Part shown: one piece after another, positions 51,864-53,392 of the stretch | How positions within the stretch are numbered: the first letter of the stretch is position 1 | Layout of the letters: each line of letters begins with the position of its first letter | Assembly (NCBI GenBank): GCA_040182905.1 | Contig: JARQWU010000041.1 | Location: 1-53,392, forward strand | DNA: 53,392 nucleotides | Source of the DNA: Barthelona sp. PAP020 | Lineage: Eukaryota | Reading direction: 5' to 3' | Translations under genes and position numbers: made by a program | The notes under the pieces: generated by a model | What the model was told of the DNA's origin: nothing | The model's database searches: none | What the model saw: only the letters and a program-made list of their open reading frames with translations

Positions 51864-52716
51864 TTTAAAAAACAAATTGGGAAAAAAAAATTCACAAATT
51901 AAAAATCCTTTATTTTTTATGTATTTGCAGTTATCTTATTTAACTGATAAAATTGCCAAGCAGTTTTCTTTAAAATATCAAAACGCCTTGATTTAAAAAA
52001 AAAAACAGGAAAAATATTTGTTTCAATAAATAAAAACAATTAGATAAAATGAACATTTGCATTTAATTGTTCAAAAATATCATAAATAGATAAAATAATT
52101 TTGTATTTTTAAAGATTGAAGCAAATATTAATTATTTTTCTAATTGTGTGAAAAAAAATTAGTCAATGGAGAAAGAACTGTCATATTTTATAGATAAAAA
52201 AAAAATAGACAATTTTTTTTCAGTAAATTTCAGTTGAAGAAAAGAACAAGCACTCCATTTTGTAAGAATCAAAGTCTATATGCCTGGTTTTGACTAGCAC
52301 ACTACCTGGGGCTTTTGGCGGGAAGAAAATGTTCCCAAACTGTTTTATGGAAGTTCACACAACATTGAGACATTAAAAAGAAAAGGAAAAACTAGCAAAG
52401 ATTTTTAGTTTACTCTCTTAAAAATCATTGAAGACACAATTTTCAAAGGAAAACGCTCTCAAAATCTTTGAAATGATTTCCTTATTTGTAAATTCAACCA
52501 TTTTAAAAATTGCGCTGTTTGAAATGAAAAAAAAAATTTAAATAGTTCTTTCAAGATAAATAGCAAATATATTGCTCCATTTTCTTGTATAATTCAGCAA
52601 ATTAAAATCTTATAGAAAGCTTAAAAAAGACTGAAAGAACTTATCATCTCTTTCTTTTTGGTTTGCCCATATTCACCTTTGAAGCAAATCAAAAATTACA
52701 CGAACTGCAACAACAT

Positions 52717-53200
52717 GCCAATATTTCCGAAAGTGAGTTTGAAACAGTAGAAAGAGACTGCAAAATAGATGGATTTGGGACCTACATCTTGCCAAAAGAA
52801 ATGAAAAAATGGTGGTTATCGAAATAATGGAAAAGAATTTCTGATGATGAAGTCACCTGAGAATGCTTTCCCATGACTTTGAATCACCCTTTTTTTGACA
52901 AGTATTTGGAATTATTGAGATTGAGTACAAAAGGGTCATTGTGATAGAGTATTGTGATGCTGATTTTGAGAGTGATACCAGAGTTGTTTTTGTTTTTGAA
53001 GGAAAGGTTGATTTCTACGAAGCAAGTTTCGTCTGCATTTGAGTGTTAACATGGCAAAGGTGTTTTATAAAGGGATCTTAAGCCAAACAATATTCTGTTG
53101 AGACTTGGAATAAAAGGGGCATATACACCTAAATCTTTGATTTTGATTTTAGGTTTGTTTGTGATACTAGTAAGAGTTCTATCAATATTATGATGGAAGT
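52717..53200 (+). pseudogene. Decayed paralog of the kinase at 33178-35571
   Basis: Fragments ANISESEFETVERDCKIDGFG, ECFPMTLNHPF and QVSSAFEC*HGKGVL*RDLKPNNILLRLGIKGAYTP align to the intact kinase, with in-frame stops and frameshifts. Confidence 0.9.
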
Positions 53201-53293
53201 AATAAAAATTTGCTGTTTTCAAATTGGTCAATAAAATAACACTAGAAATAAAAAATTTTTGAATGAAGAATTCTTTCAAAATTCTCATACTTA

Positions 53294-53392
53294 TTTCCAA
53301 GCCAAGAAGCACTGTGCGTATGAGTGAATAAGAAAGAATAGTGTTTATTTGGTTAAAGGCTTTCGAGGCCCGATTGATCTGTTGAAAAACTT
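53294..53392. mobile_element. Second copy (terminus) of the foldback/MITE element, running off the window
   Basis: Near-identical to the reverse complement of the right arm of 2658-3448, and preceded by TA at 53292-53293. Confidence 0.9.

Overview
AT-rich, very gene-dense eukaryotic nuclear DNA with the standard genetic code. It carries about 35 protein genes, mostly intronless, plus a few tiny (35-40 nt) GT-AG spliceosomal introns with CTAAC/CTAAT-type branch points. It is probably from a flagellated protist; a metamonad-like lineage is my inference only. Recognisable genes include POLD1, RPS9, RPL23A, RPL36, NHP2, NAF1, NOL10, a DUS1-type synthase, PRP28/DDX23, POLR1D/RPC19, CenH3, condensin II CAP-H2, DMAP1/Swc4, a DP-type transcription factor, TRAPPC5, SAS6-like, CEP192-like, CFAP141-like, a kinesin, Pin1, DJ-1, a short PGDH, an M50 peptidase and a kinase-coiled-coil-WD40 protein ending in a CaaX motif. 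Non-genic content includes a 791-bp foldback/MITE element flanked by TA, the start of a second copy at the window end next to a decayed pseudogene of the kinase family, and two unassigned ~280-320-nt intergenic elements (1225-1507 and 25997-26314). Both fold on the + strand with long terminal helices rich in G-U pairs and are the best candidates for undescribed structured ncRNAs. All homology calls come from motif recognition and all folds were paired by eye; no database search or folding program was run.
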